From assembly GCA_963717965.1 (NCBI GenBank), contig CAVQXS010000004.1, forward strand, positions 81,118 through 145,117: a stretch of DNA of 64,000 nucleotides. The letters run 5' to 3'. Of the stretch, positions 1 to 11,260 are shown in pieces (the stretch's first letter is position 1; the number at the start of each line of letters is the position of its first letter). Made by a program: the position numbers and the translations under genes. The notes beneath the pieces are model-generated. The model did not search any database, had not been told where the DNA came from, and was given only the letters and a program-made list of their open reading frames with translations. This DNA is from an uncultured Thermoleophilia bacterium. Its GTDB lineage: Bacteria > Actinomycetota > Thermoleophilia > UBA2241.

Positions 1-360
1 TCGAGGACGAGCACGAGCGGGGCGTCGAGAGCGACGGCGACGTCGACGGCGCGCGACCCCTTGACGCCCTCCCAGCGGTCCAGTGCCGGCTCGACGGCGA
101 CGATCACCGTCAGGTCGGTGTCCGCCGCCCACGAGTCGTACAGCTCGCCGGCCACCGCGTCGTCGACCAGCTTCGGGTCGAGGACCCTGGGCGCCCGCGC
201 CGCGGCCCCGTAGAGCAGCCGCCACAGCGGCAGGTCGACGCCGAGAAGGATGGGACGGACGGCGCGCTCGTCCCCGAGCGCTGCCACCAGCGCGCCGGAG
301 GCGAGGGCGACGGCGGGGCCGGGCTCGAGCCCGCACACGACCAGGCGAGGGGCGGACATG
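1..360 (-). CDS. Hypothetical protein, partial (5' part of gene; continues beyond window start)
   Basis: Open minus-strand frame from ATG ~360 to the window edge. Translation MSAPRLVVCGLEPGPAVALASG... is protein-like with high GC3. Weak resemblance to the CobB/CbiA-type N-terminal domain but no P-loop seen. Confidence 0.4.
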
Positions 361-471
361 ACGGGGTCCTCCTTTTGGCCGGCCTGGGCTCCGCACGAGG
401 CCGGCGGCCGGGGCGCTCGACAGCGGATTCCGGGGGTCCGGGATAGAATACTCTACCAGCGCTTTGGGAGG

Positions 472-2322
<1,851 letters not shown>

Positions 2323-2337
2323 GGGAGGAGCGCAGCG

Positions 2338-2705
2338 TGGCCAACGCCATCCTGGTCGCCGACGACGACCCAGACATCCTGAGCATCGTGTCGATGTCCC
2401 TGGAGGCCCAGGGCTACACGGTCCACAAGGCGACGAACGGGCGCGAGGCGGTCGACCTCGCCCGGGAGCACCGTCCCGACCTCATCCTCATGGACATGAT
2501 GATGCCGGTGGTCAGCGGCTACGAAGCGATCGGTGAGCTCAAGGCCGACGCCACGACGAAGGACATCGTCATCGTCGGCCTCTCGGCCAAGGCCATGGCC
2601 ACCGACATGGAGCGCGCCTCTGACGTCGGCATCGACGGGTACATCACGAAGCCGTTCCGCATCGCCCAGGTCATCTCCGTCGTCGAGAGCTACCTCGACC
2701 TGTAG
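2338..2705 (+). CDS. Single-domain response regulator (CheY-like receiver)
   Basis: ILVADDDPDIL...DLILMDMMMP...KPF receiver motifs. GTG at 2338 directly after GGGGAGGAG, 13 nt downstream of the kinase stop. The track ORF (1941..) is in the same frame but overlaps the kinase. Confidence 0.85.
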
Positions 2706-2782
2706 AGGGCAGGCGCCGGAGGACGCCCGTCGCCAGTCTTGACGACGGGCAGGAGCCGGCGCCTCCGCGGCGTAGAACTCCG

Positions 2783-2968
2783 GTGATGAAGCGCGAGACG
2801 AAACCCGCTCTCCAGCCGCCGCTGATCTGCGTCGCCGACGTCGACACGCGCCTCAGCTGCAGCTGCTACTGCGCCGTCTGCCAGCACTACCTGCGCGACC
2901 GGCGCGCCGGCGAGCGCCGCACCGTGCACCGGCCGACCAGGGACAGGCGCATCCTCAACCGCTTCTAG
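2783..2968 (+). CDS. Small Cys-rich hypothetical protein (61 aa)
   Basis: Intergenic ORF with strong GC3 bias. CxCxC...CxxC pattern (LSCSCYCAVCQHY). No convincing RBS. Confidence 0.3.
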   Translation: MMKRETKPALQPPLICVADVDTRLSCSCYCAVCQHYLRDRRAGERRTVHRPTRDRRILNRF

Positions 2969-3068
2969 GGCGAAGGCCCGCCCGCCGCCCCGCACGCCGC
3001 GTCTTTCAGGGTCTCCCCGCATCTGCCGATACCGTGAGCAGGTACCAGCCCCCGACCCAAGGCCGGCG

Positions 3069-4490
3069 ATGGCCGAACCCCACGACAAGAGACGAGGCGG
3101 CAGCCTCCAGCGGACGCGAGGCGTCAGCCTCGAGCTGAAGACGGCCGTGGTCGTCGCGGCGGCGCTCGCGGCCGCCTTCGCCGCGCTCGTCTTCGTCGTC
3201 GACCCGGAGGCAACCTGGCAGACCGCCGCGGTGCTGGTCGCGCTCTTCGCCGTCATCACCGCGACGTTCGACCTCCTCGTCTACCGGCGCGTCGACGGCC
3301 TCGTCCGCCGCTCGCGCCGACGGCTGGGCGCCAACTACGAGCGCAGCGACCCGGGCTACCGCGACGAGATGCGCGAGCTCGGCTATCTCGTGAACACCCT
3401 CATCGCCGTCTTCACGGCCGCGGAAGCCAAGGAGTGGGTCTCGCAGAGCGTCAAGGACGACCTCGTGCGCGTCCAGTCGCTGAACCGCCAGCTCATGGAC
3501 GTCGGGGTGCTCGGCCGCGAGATGAACGCCGCCCTGCCGTACCGTGAGACGGTGGAACGCGTGCTCTCGCGCAGCCGCAGCTTCCTGCACGCCGACTTCG
3601 CCGCGCTGCTGCTGCTCGACACGGAGGCGCGCGCCTTCTCGCTCGAGGGCGCACACGGCGTGCTGAGGCCGGCGCTCTCGGCCGACTGCTGTGCCTACAC
3701 GCCCGACTGTCCGGTGCGGCAGGCGATCGGCTCGGGCCGGCTGACTCGACTCGAAGGCCACGTCTGCTCGCTCTTCCCCTCCACGATGACGCACCAGCTG
3801 GTCATCCCGGTCAAGGTCGAGAACGTCGGCGACATGGCGCTGCTCACGACCGCGACCAGCGGCGAGTACGCGGGCCTGCTGACCGACGACATCCTGGACG
3901 CCCTCCAGAACCACGTGCAGAGCGCCCTCACGAACGCGCACAAGTACGACGCCATCCGCCGTCAGGTGGTCACCGACCACCTGACGAGCCTCTACAACCG
4001 GCGCTACTTCATGAACCGCGCCGGTGAGGAGATCGAGCGCAGCCTCCGCTACCAGGCGCCGCTGAGCGTGCTCATGGTCGACATCGACCACTTCAAGGCG
4101 TTCAACGACACCTACGGGCACGCCACCGGCGACCGCGTCCTGCAGACCGTCGCCAGGGCGCTGCAGGACGCGCTGCGCACCACCGACATCTGCGCCCGCC
4201 ACGGCGGCGAGGAGTTCGCCGTCCTGCTGCCGAGCACGCCCGGCGAGAACGCCTACTACGTCGCCGACCGCGTGCGCCGCACCCTCGGCGGCACGCGCTA
4301 CACCGGTCTCGGGCTCCCGCCCGAGGCGAACATCACCATCAGCGTCGGCGTGGCGACCTGCCCGCGCGACGCCACCGTGCTGGACGAGCTCATGGAGCTC
4401 GCCGACAAGGCGCTCTACCGGGCCAAGGCCGGCGGTCGCGACATGGTCGTGCTGTGGGGGGCCGAGGAGCGCGAGCGGGTCAGGACCTGA
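3069..4490 (+). CDS. Diguanylate cyclase (GGDEF) with N-terminal TM/HAMP-like and GAF-like regions
   Basis: RYFMNRAGEEIERS...MVDIDHFKAFNDTYGHATGD...ARHGGEEFAVLLP is the canonical GGDEF/GGEEF active site. Two N-terminal TM helices. Confidence 0.85.
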   Translation: MAEPHDKRRGGSLQRTRGVSLELKTAVVVAAALAAAFAALVFVVDPEATWQTAAVLVALFAVITATFDLLVYRRVDGLVRRSRRRLGANYERSDPGYRDEMRELGYLVNTLIAVFTAAEAKEWVSQSVKDDLVRVQSLNRQLMDVGVLGREMNAALPYRETVERVLSRSRSFLHADFAALLLLDTEARAFSLEGAHGVLRPALSADCCAYTPDCPVRQAIGSGRLTRLEGHVCSLFPSTMTHQLVIPVKVENVGDMALLTTATSGEYAGLLTDDILDALQNHVQSALTNAHKYDAIRRQVVTDHLTSLYNRRYFMNRAGEEIERSLRYQAPLSVLMVDIDHFKAFNDTYGHATGDRVLQTVARALQDALRTTDICARHGGEEFAVLLPSTPGENAYYVADRVRRTLGGTRYTGLGLPPEANITISVGVATCPRDATVLDELMELADKALYRAKAGGRDMVVLWGAEERERVRT

Positions 4491-4604
4491 CCCGGCCGCC
4501 GCCGGTCGAGGCCCCGGCCCGGGCGATCACCGACGGCGGGGGTATGCTGGGGACGTCCCGGCGCGGCCGCGGGCCGCGCCCACCGACCCGAGGGGGCAAG
4601 CGCC

Positions 4605-5582
4605 GTGGAACTGCTCTACCTCAGCCGCGCCGACGTCGAGGGGCTCGGCCTGTCGATGCGCGAGGTCCTCGCCGCCGTCGACGGGGGCTTCGCCGCCAAG
4701 GGCCGCGGGCAGACGGAGATGCCGCCCAAGCCCGGCATCCACACGCGCCCGGACTGCTTCATCCACGCGATGCCCGCCTACGTGCGCGAGCCGGAGGTGG
4801 CCGGCCTCAAGTGGGTGAGCGGCTACCCGCCGAACCCGGCCAGGGGACTGCCCTACATCACCGGCCTGATGGTCCTCAACGACCCGGCGACCGGCGTGCC
4901 GCTGGCGGTGATGGACTGCGCCTGGATCACCGCCATGCGCACGGGCGCGAGCGCCGGCATCTCGGCCCGCTACCTCGCCCGCGAGGGCAGCGAGGCCGCC
5001 GCGTTCGTCGGCTGCGGCGTCCAGGCGAGGACCTCGCTGGCGGCGCTGGTCGAGACCCTGCCGGCGCTCGCCGTGGTGCGCTGCTACGACATCGACGAGA
5101 CGGCCACGGCCGGCTTCATCGCCGAGATGCAGGCCCTGTACCCGGCGCTGCACTTCGCCGCGTGCGCCGCCGCGGCCGAGGCGGCGCGGGAGGCCGACGT
5201 CGTCGTCACCGCGATCCCCATCGTCACGGACCCGGCGCCCGAGCTCGACGCCGGGGTGCTCAGGGAGGGCGGCCTCGCCGTGTCGCTGGACTACGACTCG
5301 GCCTGGACGAGCGCGGCGATGCGCGCCTGCGACAAGTTCTGCGCCGACGACGTCGGCCAGCTGCTCGCGACGCGCGAGCACGGCGTGTACTTCGGAGGGA
5401 TCCCGCCCGTCATCCACGCCGACCTCGGCGAGCTGGCCGCCGGCCTCAAGCCGGGGCGGGAGGACGACGCCGAGCGCATCTTCTCGATGAACATGGGCAT
5501 CGCCGTCGACGACGTGGTCACGGCGAGGGTGTTGTACGAACTGGCGCTGGAGAGGGGCGCCGGCACGCGCCTGCCGCTCTGA
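4605..5582 (+). CDS. Ornithine cyclodeaminase / mu-crystallin family protein
   Basis: Family-typical N-terminus (LLYLSRADVEGLGLSMREVLAAVDGGF). Rossmann motif GCGVQA. GTG start after GAGGGGG. Confidence 0.8.
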   Translation: MELLYLSRADVEGLGLSMREVLAAVDGGFAAKGRGQTEMPPKPGIHTRPDCFIHAMPAYVREPEVAGLKWVSGYPPNPARGLPYITGLMVLNDPATGVPLAVMDCAWITAMRTGASAGISARYLAREGSEAAAFVGCGVQARTSLAALVETLPALAVVRCYDIDETATAGFIAEMQALYPALHFAACAAAAEAAREADVVVTAIPIVTDPAPELDAGVLREGGLAVSLDYDSAWTSAAMRACDKFCADDVGQLLATREHGVYFGGIPPVIHADLGELAAGLKPGREDDAERIFSMNMGIAVDDVVTARVLYELALERGAGTRLPL

Positions 5583-5727
5583 CGGGGTACCTCGGCGAGC
5601 GGCGGCGACGGCGGCCCATGCAGGGCTGGCGGGACCACGGCGCGGCGTCGCCGGGGACGGACCTGCGGCTCCCCGACCTCCCGACCGCCCGGGTATACTG
5701 CCATCGAGCCGACGTCCAGGAGAGGCA

Positions 5728-6262
5728 CGTGACCACGAAGCGAGAGAGCGGCAGGCGTCTCAGCGCCGACGAGCTGGCGGCGTGGCGCGGCTTCCTCCGC
5801 GTGCACAGCTCTCTCTTCCACGAGCTCGACGCCGACCTGTCGGCGACCCACGACCTGCCGCTGCGTTCGTACGAGGTCCTTCTCCTGCTCGAGGACGCTC
5901 CCGAGAGGCGCCTGCGCATGACCGACCTCTCCCGCTCCGTCCTGCTCAGCCCCAGCGGCGTCACCCGCCTGGTCGACCGCCTGGAGCGTGAGGGCCTCGT
6001 CGGTCGCGAGCGCTGCCCGGAGGACGGCCGCGGCTACTTCGCCGTGCTCACCGAGGCCGGCGACCGGCGGCTGCAGGACGCGCGCGCCACGCACCTCGCC
6101 GGCGTCCGCCGCCTGTTCCTCGACCAGCTCGCGGACGCCGACCTCCGCCGGCTGGCCGGCTACTGGGATCGCCTGGTGCCGGGCGCGGCCGGCACCGACG
6201 CGGAGTGGCGGACCGCGCCCGGCGCGGCCACGGCGGGCTGCGGAAGCGCCGACGATGCCTGA
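5728..6262 (+). CDS. MarR family transcriptional regulator
   Basis: wHTH region LRMTDLSRSVLLSPSGVTRLVDRLEREGLV. GTG at 5728 after AGGAGAGG. Stop overlaps the next gene start by 8 nt. Confidence 0.8.
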
Positions 6263-7514
6263 CGTCATCGTCGTCGGCGCCGGCCTCTCCGGCCTCTGCT
6301 GCGCCCGCGAGCTCCGCGCCGCCGGGCTGGACGTCCTCGTCCTCGAGCGCGGCGACGCCCCCGGCGGACGCGTGCGCACGGACGTCGTCGAGGGCTTCCT
6401 GCTCGACCGCGGCTTTCAGGTGCTGCTCACCGCCTACCCCGAGGCGCGACGGGTGCTCGACTACGAGCGGCTCGGGCTGCGCCCGTTCGAGAGCGGCGCC
6501 CTGATCCGCCACGATGGCCGCTTCACGCGGATCGCGGACCCCTTCCGCCATCCCTTCAAGGCGCTCGAGAGCCTGCGCGGCGCCCCCGGCAGCATCCCCG
6601 ACAAGCTCCGCGTCGCGCGCCTGCGGCAGCGGCTCTCACGCTTCTCGCTGAACGAGGTGCTGACCGCGCCGCAGGTCACGACCGCCGAGGCTCTGCGGCG
6701 CGAGGGCTTCTCGGACGAGCTCGTCGACGGCTTCTTCCGCCCGTTTCTCGGCGGCATCTTCCTGGACCCGTCGCTGGAGACCTCGAGCCGGCTGTTCGCC
6801 TTCGTCTTCAAGCTCTTCTCGCAGGGCGAGGCGGCGCTGCCGGCCGCCGGCATGCAGGCCATCCCGCGCCAGCTGGCCGAGGGCCTGCCGGAGGCGGCCC
6901 TCCGCTTCGGCTGCGCGGTCGAGGCCGCCGGGCCCGGCGAGGTCGTCCTCGCCGGCGGCGAGCGGCTCAGCGCCTCCGCCGTGGTCGTGGCGACCGAGGG
7001 GCCGGAGGCGGCCCGGCTCACCGGCGCCGTCGAGGCGCCGGCCCCCCGGGCCGTGACCTGCCTGCACTACGCCGCCGCGCGGTCCCCCGTCGGCGAGCCG
7101 AGCCTCGTGCTCGACGGCGAGGGGCACGGCCCGGTGAACGACCTCTGCGTGCCCAGCGACGTCGCCCCGAGCTACGCACCGCCCGGAGCGGCGCTCGTCT
7201 CCACCACCGTGCTCGGCGTGCCGCCGCTCGCCGACGAGGAACTCGACGGCGCCGTCCGCGGGCAGCTGCGCGGCTGGTTCGGGGCGCAGGTGGACGAGTG
7301 GCGCCTGCTGCGCGTGCGCCGCATCCCGTTCGCCCTCCCGGCGCAGCCGCCGGCGGCGCTCGCTGCGGCGGAGCGGCCGGTACGGCTGCGCGACGGCCTC
7401 TTCGTCTGCGGCGACCACCGGGACACGGCCTCGATCCAGGGGGCGATGGTCTCCGGCCGGCGCGCCGCGGCAGCCGTGCGCGGCCTCGACGCGATCCCCG
7501 CCTGCGCCCGCTGA
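6255..7514 (+). CDS. NAD(P)/FAD-dependent oxidoreductase (amine-oxidase / protoporphyrinogen-oxidase-like fold)
   Basis: N-terminal dinucleotide-binding motif VIVVGAGLSGLCCARELRAAGLDVLVLE...GGR. Translationally coupled to the MarR gene. Confidence 0.8.
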   Translation: MPDVIVVGAGLSGLCCARELRAAGLDVLVLERGDAPGGRVRTDVVEGFLLDRGFQVLLTAYPEARRVLDYERLGLRPFESGALIRHDGRFTRIADPFRHPFKALESLRGAPGSIPDKLRVARLRQRLSRFSLNEVLTAPQVTTAEALRREGFSDELVDGFFRPFLGGIFLDPSLETSSRLFAFVFKLFSQGEAALPAAGMQAIPRQLAEGLPEAALRFGCAVEAAGPGEVVLAGGERLSASAVVVATEGPEAARLTGAVEAPAPRAVTCLHYAAARSPVGEPSLVLDGEGHGPVNDLCVPSDVAPSYAPPGAALVSTTVLGVPPLADEELDGAVRGQLRGWFGAQVDEWRLLRVRRIPFALPAQPPAALAAAERPVRLRDGLFVCGDHRDTASIQGAMVSGRRAAAAVRGLDAIPACAR

Positions 7515-7530
7515 GGCGGCCCCGGCGGCG

Positions 7531-7887
7531 TCAGGCCTTGCCGAGCGCCACGCTCAGGCACATGACCGCGAGCACGATCGCCGTGATCGTCACGTAGCGG
7601 CGGTCGTGCTCCCGTGCGAACGCGACGATCGACCCCGCGACGCGCACGAACGGCGTCGCGATGAGCGCGATCAGGCCGAGCGAGAGATAGGCGCCCGGGT
7701 CACGGGCGGCCAGGCCTGACGGCAGGTCCGCCAGCGGCACGACCCCGGACGGCAGGATCTCCCCGTTGACGACACCGAGGAGGACCTTGTCGACGACGCC
7801 GAAGATGAGGCCGGCGACCATCAGGGCGACGCTGACGGCGACGCCCACCAGCAGCACCCGGTTCACCGTGCGCTCGACGTCGTCCAT
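7531..7887 (-). CDS. DUF1634-like small membrane protein
   Basis: 118-aa ORF starting at ATG 7887 with 3 predicted TM helices. Lies directly downstream of the TauE/SafE gene, the usual DUF81–DUF1634 pairing. The track merged it into a 414-aa ORF. Confidence 0.6.
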   Translation of the reverse strand: MDDVERTVNRVLLVGVAVSVALMVAGLIFGVVDKVLLGVVNGEILPSGVVPLADLPSGLAARDPGAYLSLGLIALIATPFVRVAGSIVAFAREHDRRYVTITAIVLAVMCLSVALGKA

Positions 7888-7961
7888 GACGTGCCGAGGC
7901 GGCTCGGCCGGTGCGGGTGAGCCGCCGGACGTCGGCAGGGGCGCGCCGCCGCGTTCCTCGC

Positions 7962-8775
7962 TCACAACCCGACTCCCAGCGCTTTGAGCAGCATGAGGAT
8001 CCCAAAGACGACCAGCACGGACTCGAAGACGACGACCAGCACCGCGGCCTTGAGGCGGATCGCGAGCTGCGGGCCGAAGGACGCCCCGGCGAGGATGCCG
8101 AGCACCGCCGGCACCGCCCAGTACGGGTCCATGTAGCCGCGGCCGTAGAAGATGGCGGCGCCGGTCGCGGCGGTCACGCCGATCATGAGGTTGCTGGTGG
8201 CGATCGTCGCCTTGAGCGGCACGCCCATCAGCAGGTTCATGATCGGCACCTTGAAGGCGCCGCCGCCGACGCCGAGCAGGCCCGAGACGTTGCCGGCGAA
8301 GAACGACAAGGACGAAGCCCGGCGCCAGGCCGTGTACCCCGTAGCTGATCTCACGGCCCTCTGCCGGGTCGTAGAAGCGGGAGGGCATCACCGGTGTCTC
8401 GACCGGCTCGATGTCGCCGCGCCGGCGACTCATCTGCCAGGCGACGTAGAAGAGGACGGCGGCGAAGCAGGCCTGCAGGATGCGGCCATCGACGAGCACC
8501 GCCGTGATGCCCCCGGCGACGGCGCCGATGGTCGTCGCCACCTCGAGGAACATGCCGAGGCGCATGTTCGTCATGCCGCGCCTGGCGAACCTCGTCTGCG
8601 CCATCGACGACGTCGCGACGACGCAGACGATGCTGGTGGCGATGGCCGTCTTGATGGGCACGCCGAAGGCGAGGCTGAGGACGGGGACCATGATGATGCC
8701 GCCACCGACCCCGAGCATGCTGCCGAAGACGCCGGCGACGAAGGCGACGAGGAGAATGCCGACGATGACTGCCAT
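7962..8775 (-). pseudogene. TauE/SafE (TSUP, DUF81) family permease, frameshifted near 8337
   Basis: N-terminal half (GVGGGIIMVPVL...) is in one frame from 8775. C-terminal half (GLLGVGGGAFKVPIMNLL...stop at 7962) is in another frame. Frames meet at a CCCC run around 8335-8340. Confidence 0.7.
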
Positions 8776-8847
8776 CGGCGCTACTCTACACGTCGTCTAG
8801 TGTGCGGTGCCCCTTCGGCGCACCCCACGATAGCCCCGCTACGCAAG

Positions 8848-9216
8848 CTATTCGTCGCCGCCGGGCGGGCGCCGCAGGCGCTTGGCCCGCGCACGGCGCG
8901 CCTTCTCGGCGAGGCGCCGCTCGGAGGCGGCCTTCGCCGCGCGCGACGGCCGAGTCGGCCGCCGCGGCGGAGGCGGCGGCTCGTTCAGCCGCCGCAGCTT
9001 GAGGCGCAGGCGCCGCAGCGCGTCCATCTTGTTGAGGTACTGGCTGCGCTGCGCCCGGCAGGTCACGGTGACGCCCGTCGGCCGGTGGACCAGCCTGACG
9101 GCGCTCTCGGTGACGTTCTGGTGCTGGCCGCCCGGGCCGCCGGCGCGGAAGGTCTGCACCTCGCACTCGGCGAGGAGCGCTCCGTCGCTCTCGGGGATGT
9201 CGATCGGTTCGGTCAT
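8848..9216 (-). CDS. arfB: Alternative ribosome-rescue factor ArfB (peptidyl-tRNA hydrolase, GGQ family)
   Basis: GGQ motif (FRAGGPGGQHQNVTESAVRL) plus basic C-terminal tail. ATG at 9216. The track ORF is longer, starting at 9849. Confidence 0.85.
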   Translation of the reverse strand: MTEPIDIPESDGALLAECEVQTFRAGGPGGQHQNVTESAVRLVHRPTGVTVTCRAQRSQYLNKMDALRRLRLKLRRLNEPPPPPRRPTRPSRAAKAASERRLAEKARRARAKRLRRPPGGDE

Positions 9217-9288
9217 CGCGCGGCTCCGGTCGCCGGCGCCGGGCGGCGCCGGGCCAAGCGTATCACCGCACCGTGATAGCCTCTGGGC

Positions 9289-10268
9289 ATGCTCGGCATC
9301 GCCCTCGCCCTCGGCGCTTCGATCTGCTGGGGCTCCGGCGACTTCCTCGGCGGCCTCAGCACCCGGCGCGCCAGCCTGTGGGCGGTCATCATCGGCAGCC
9401 AGGCCGTCGGCCTCGCAGGGGCGGCGCTGGTGACTCTCGGGACCGGCCACGGCTGGCCGGGACTGCACGCGGTGTGGCCGGTGATGCTCGGCGGCCTCGC
9501 CAGCGTCGTCGCCATCTCCCTCTTCTACAAGGCGCTCGCCATCGGCACGATGAGCATCGTGGCGCCGATCAGCGCGATGAACGCGATGATCCCCTTCGTC
9601 GCCGGGATCGCCGCGGGCGAGCGGCCGGCGGCCGTGCAGCTGGCCGGGGTGGCGCTGGCCGCCGCCGGCGTCATCCTCGTCGCCATCGAGCCGGCGCACG
9701 CGGCGAGACGATCGGGGCGGCGGCGCTCCCCGGCGAGCCGGCGGTGGAGCCGGCCGGCGCCGCGGCGCTCTTCGGCGCGGCGGAGGGCGCGGGCGGGGCC
9801 GGCTCGCCGACCGGGCCCGCGCCCTCCGGCCGCGCCCCGCGCCCCGCACGCCGCGACCAGCGGCGCGCGATCATCTTCGCCCTCACCGCCGCCGTCTGCA
9901 TGGGACTCGTCCTCATCGGCTACGACGCGACGGCACGCTACGATCCCCTGTGGGCGATGCTGGCCGGGCGCCTCTCCTCCGCCACCCTCTTCGCGCTGCT
10001 CTTCCTCGCGCTGCGGCCGCGCGTCAAGGTCGCGCGCTCGGCCGTTCCGTTCATCGTCGCCGTCGGGGTCCTCGACACCGGCGCCAACGGACTGTTCGCG
10101 CTGGCGACCACCGAGGGCTACCTCAGCCTCGTCGCCGTGCTCGGCTCGCTCTACCCCGTGGTGACGGTGCTCCTGGCCTTCGGCCTGCTGCGCGAGCGCA
10201 TCGCCCCGCACCAGCTGGCCGGCGCGGCGGCGACGCTCGCCGGCGTCGCACTCATCGCCGCCGGATGA
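9289..10268 (+). pseudogene. EamA/DMT family transporter, frameshifted near 9705
   Basis: First EamA domain is in frame 9289 (ICWGSGDFLGG...). Linker and second EamA domain (…IFALTAAVCMGL…LLRERIAPHQLAG) are in frame +1. Switch is at a GGGG run around 9700-9715. Confidence 0.7.
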
Positions 10269-10277
10269 ACCGCGTCG

Positions 10278-11246
10278 CTGCGCATCGAGCTCCGCGGCGC
10301 CGGCGGCGAGCCCGTCGACCTCCGGCGCACGCTCCTCTCGCACGGCGTCGCGGAGCTGCCGCCCATGGCGGTCGACGGCGACGGGCGAGGCGCCACGGTG
10401 ACGCTGGCGACGCCGCAGGGACCGCGGACGATCCGCCTGTCGGAGGCAGGCGCCATCGGCACCCCGGGCGTCGAGGTGGCGACCGTGGACGCGGGGCCGC
10501 CGCCGTCCGCGGCGGTCGCGGCGGCCCTCACCGCGGCGGTGCGGCGGATGCTGTGCCTGGACGACGACCTCAGCGGCTTCTACGCCGCCTGCGCGGACGA
10601 CCCCGCGCTTTCGTGGGCGCGCCGCGGCGCGGGCCGCCTGCTGCGCGCCCCGACGGTCTTCGAGGACGTGGTCAAGACCGTCTGCACGACCAACTGCGCC
10701 TGGTCGGCCACGGAGCGCATGACCGGCGCCCTGGTCGGCCGGCTCGGAGAGCCGGCCCCAGGGGCGTCGCCCGAGGGCGTCGCCGGCCGCGCCTTCCCGA
10801 CGCCGGAGGCCCTGGCGGCCGCCGGCGACGCCTTCTTCCGCGACGTCGCTCGCGCCGGCTATCGCGGCGCCTATCTGCACGGCATCGCCGCGCTCGTCGC
10901 CGCGGGCGACGTCGACCTCGAGGTCCTGCTCGCCGCGAGCCGCGAGGAGATCCCGGACGAGGAGGTCGAGCGCCGGCTGCTCGACCTGCCCGGCGTGGGA
11001 CCGTACGCGGCGGCCCACGTCATGCTCCTGCTGGGCCGCCACTCCCGCCTCGTGCTCGACTCGTGGACGCGACCCAAGTACGCCCGCCTGCAAGGCAGGC
11101 CGGAGGGCCGCCTCGTCGCCGACCGCACCATCGCCCGGCGCTTTCGCCGCTACGGGGACTACGCCGGGCTGGCCTTCTGGCTGGTACTGACCCGCGACTG
11201 GGTGGACGACGGCCCGGGCGAGCCGGAGGCGCCGGACGAGGGCTGA
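10278..11246 (+). CDS. HhH-GPD superfamily DNA glycosylase (AlkA-like, DNA-3-methyladenine glycosylase II family)
   Basis: LDLPGVGPYAAAHVMLL helix-hairpin-helix GPD motif. Conserved N-terminal region RIELRGAGGEPVDLRRTL lies upstream of the first ATG (10365) and has no ATG/GTG in frame. Start given as CTG 10278; alternatively a frameshift from ATG 10265. Confidence 0.7.
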   Translation: MRIELRGAGGEPVDLRRTLLSHGVAELPPMAVDGDGRGATVTLATPQGPRTIRLSEAGAIGTPGVEVATVDAGPPPSAAVAAALTAAVRRMLCLDDDLSGFYAACADDPALSWARRGAGRLLRAPTVFEDVVKTVCTTNCAWSATERMTGALVGRLGEPAPGASPEGVAGRAFPTPEALAAAGDAFFRDVARAGYRGAYLHGIAALVAAGDVDLEVLLAASREEIPDEEVERRLLDLPGVGPYAAAHVMLLLGRHSRLVLDSWTRPKYARLQGRPEGRLVADRTIARRFRRYGDYAGLAFWLVLTRDWVDDGPGEPEAPDEG

Positions 11247-11260
11247 GCGCCGGCGCTCGG

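Noticed and set aside
83-361. 92-aa Arg/Pro-rich plus-strand ORF
   Set aside because: Antisense to the partial gene at the window start. Composition typical of spurious GC-rich ORFs.
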